From Trichosphaerium sp. ATCC 40318 (lineage: Eukaryota > Protista > Tubulinea), in the NCBI GenBank assembly GCA_038496445.1, contig JALMLS010000022.1, positions 62,001-126,000 on the forward strand: a stretch of 64,000 nucleotides of DNA. Reading direction: 5' to 3'. A program made the translations under genes and the position numbers. The notes under the pieces were generated by a model that was not told the origin of the DNA, did no database searches, and was given only the letters and a program-made list of their open reading frames with translations. Each line of letters opens with the position of its first letter. Position 1 is the first letter of the stretch. Below are positions 63,607-64,000 of the stretch, piece after piece.

Positions 63607-64000
63607 ATGAATTCTGGTGGTCAGCGCAAACGAAAACGCACCACTACGGTGAGTCATGCTTGTGCAGCATGTAGAAGCAAGCATTTGAAATGCGATGGAA
63701 ACCACCCTACTTGTGGTCGTTGTGCTCAAAAGGGTATAAGCTGTGATTGGACAAGAAAACGAAGGAAACGAGGGCCAGTTGCGGGTAAATTACTTTTCGA
63801 TCCACTAGAAGTGTTCACAGTGCTGTATATTATATATTATATATGTATATGGCGTGACAAAACGCTCCTGGGATTATCGTTATCAAGTTTTGCCGATGTA
63901 CTAATTACTGACCACCCATATTATTAGGTAAAGCAGCGAAGCTTGAAACCGAAGTAGAAAGCCTGCACAATGAAATTAAGAGAAACGCCAACGAAGCGGC
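63607..64000 (+). CDS. Zn(II)2Cys6 binuclear-cluster transcription factor (5' part; runs off the window)
   Basis: ACAACRSKHLKCDGNHPTCGRCAQKGISC..KRGP, then an intron and the start of a coiled-coil exon. Confidence 0.9.

Noticed and set aside
1-64000. Alternative genetic code or stop readthrough as the cause of the short ORFs
   Set aside because: Short introns explain the interruptions in the genes I stitched, and TAA, TAG and TGA each terminate well-supported genes.
1-64000. Prokaryotic systems (CRISPR arrays, operons, IS elements) or bacterial contamination
   Set aside because: No spaced direct repeats or transposase motifs were seen, and even the bacterial-type genes contain spliceosomal introns.

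Overview
This is AT-rich (roughly 35% GC by eye), gene-dense, intron-rich eukaryotic nuclear DNA. It is most likely from a protist, probably an amoebozoan, inferred from an IQGAP/DGAP1-like RasGAP, a Zn2Cys6 factor, DUF1765, an FG-GAP membrane protein and many 40-100 nt introns. The ORF track is fragmentary because of splicing, so I stitched genes by hand using GT/GC-AG boundaries; gene coordinates are whole-locus spans and ends may be off. I find about 21 protein genes, one tRNA-Leu(CAA) and 2-3 pseudogene-like regions. The standard genetic code fits (TAA, TAG and TGA all end genes). Main observations: (1) the palindrome CACGTG occurs about 55 times by hand count against about 6 expected, in exons, introns and promoters; (2) a divergent pair of secreted bacterial-type polysaccharide enzymes (GH141-like beta-helix and PL7 alginate lyase) whose spacer holds a hairpin with a telomere-template-like loop (CCCTAACCC); (3) frequent GC-AG introns, a G(T/C)(A/G)CG donor consensus and microexons; (4) several unusual domain architectures: a luminal pseudo-DUSP membrane protein, cNMP-D-LDH, DUF4139 with FG repeats, UBL-UFD1-UAS-UBX, a propeller-MPPED fusion and a Rab with Q-to-R in switch II. 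No database searches were run; all family calls come from motif recognition.
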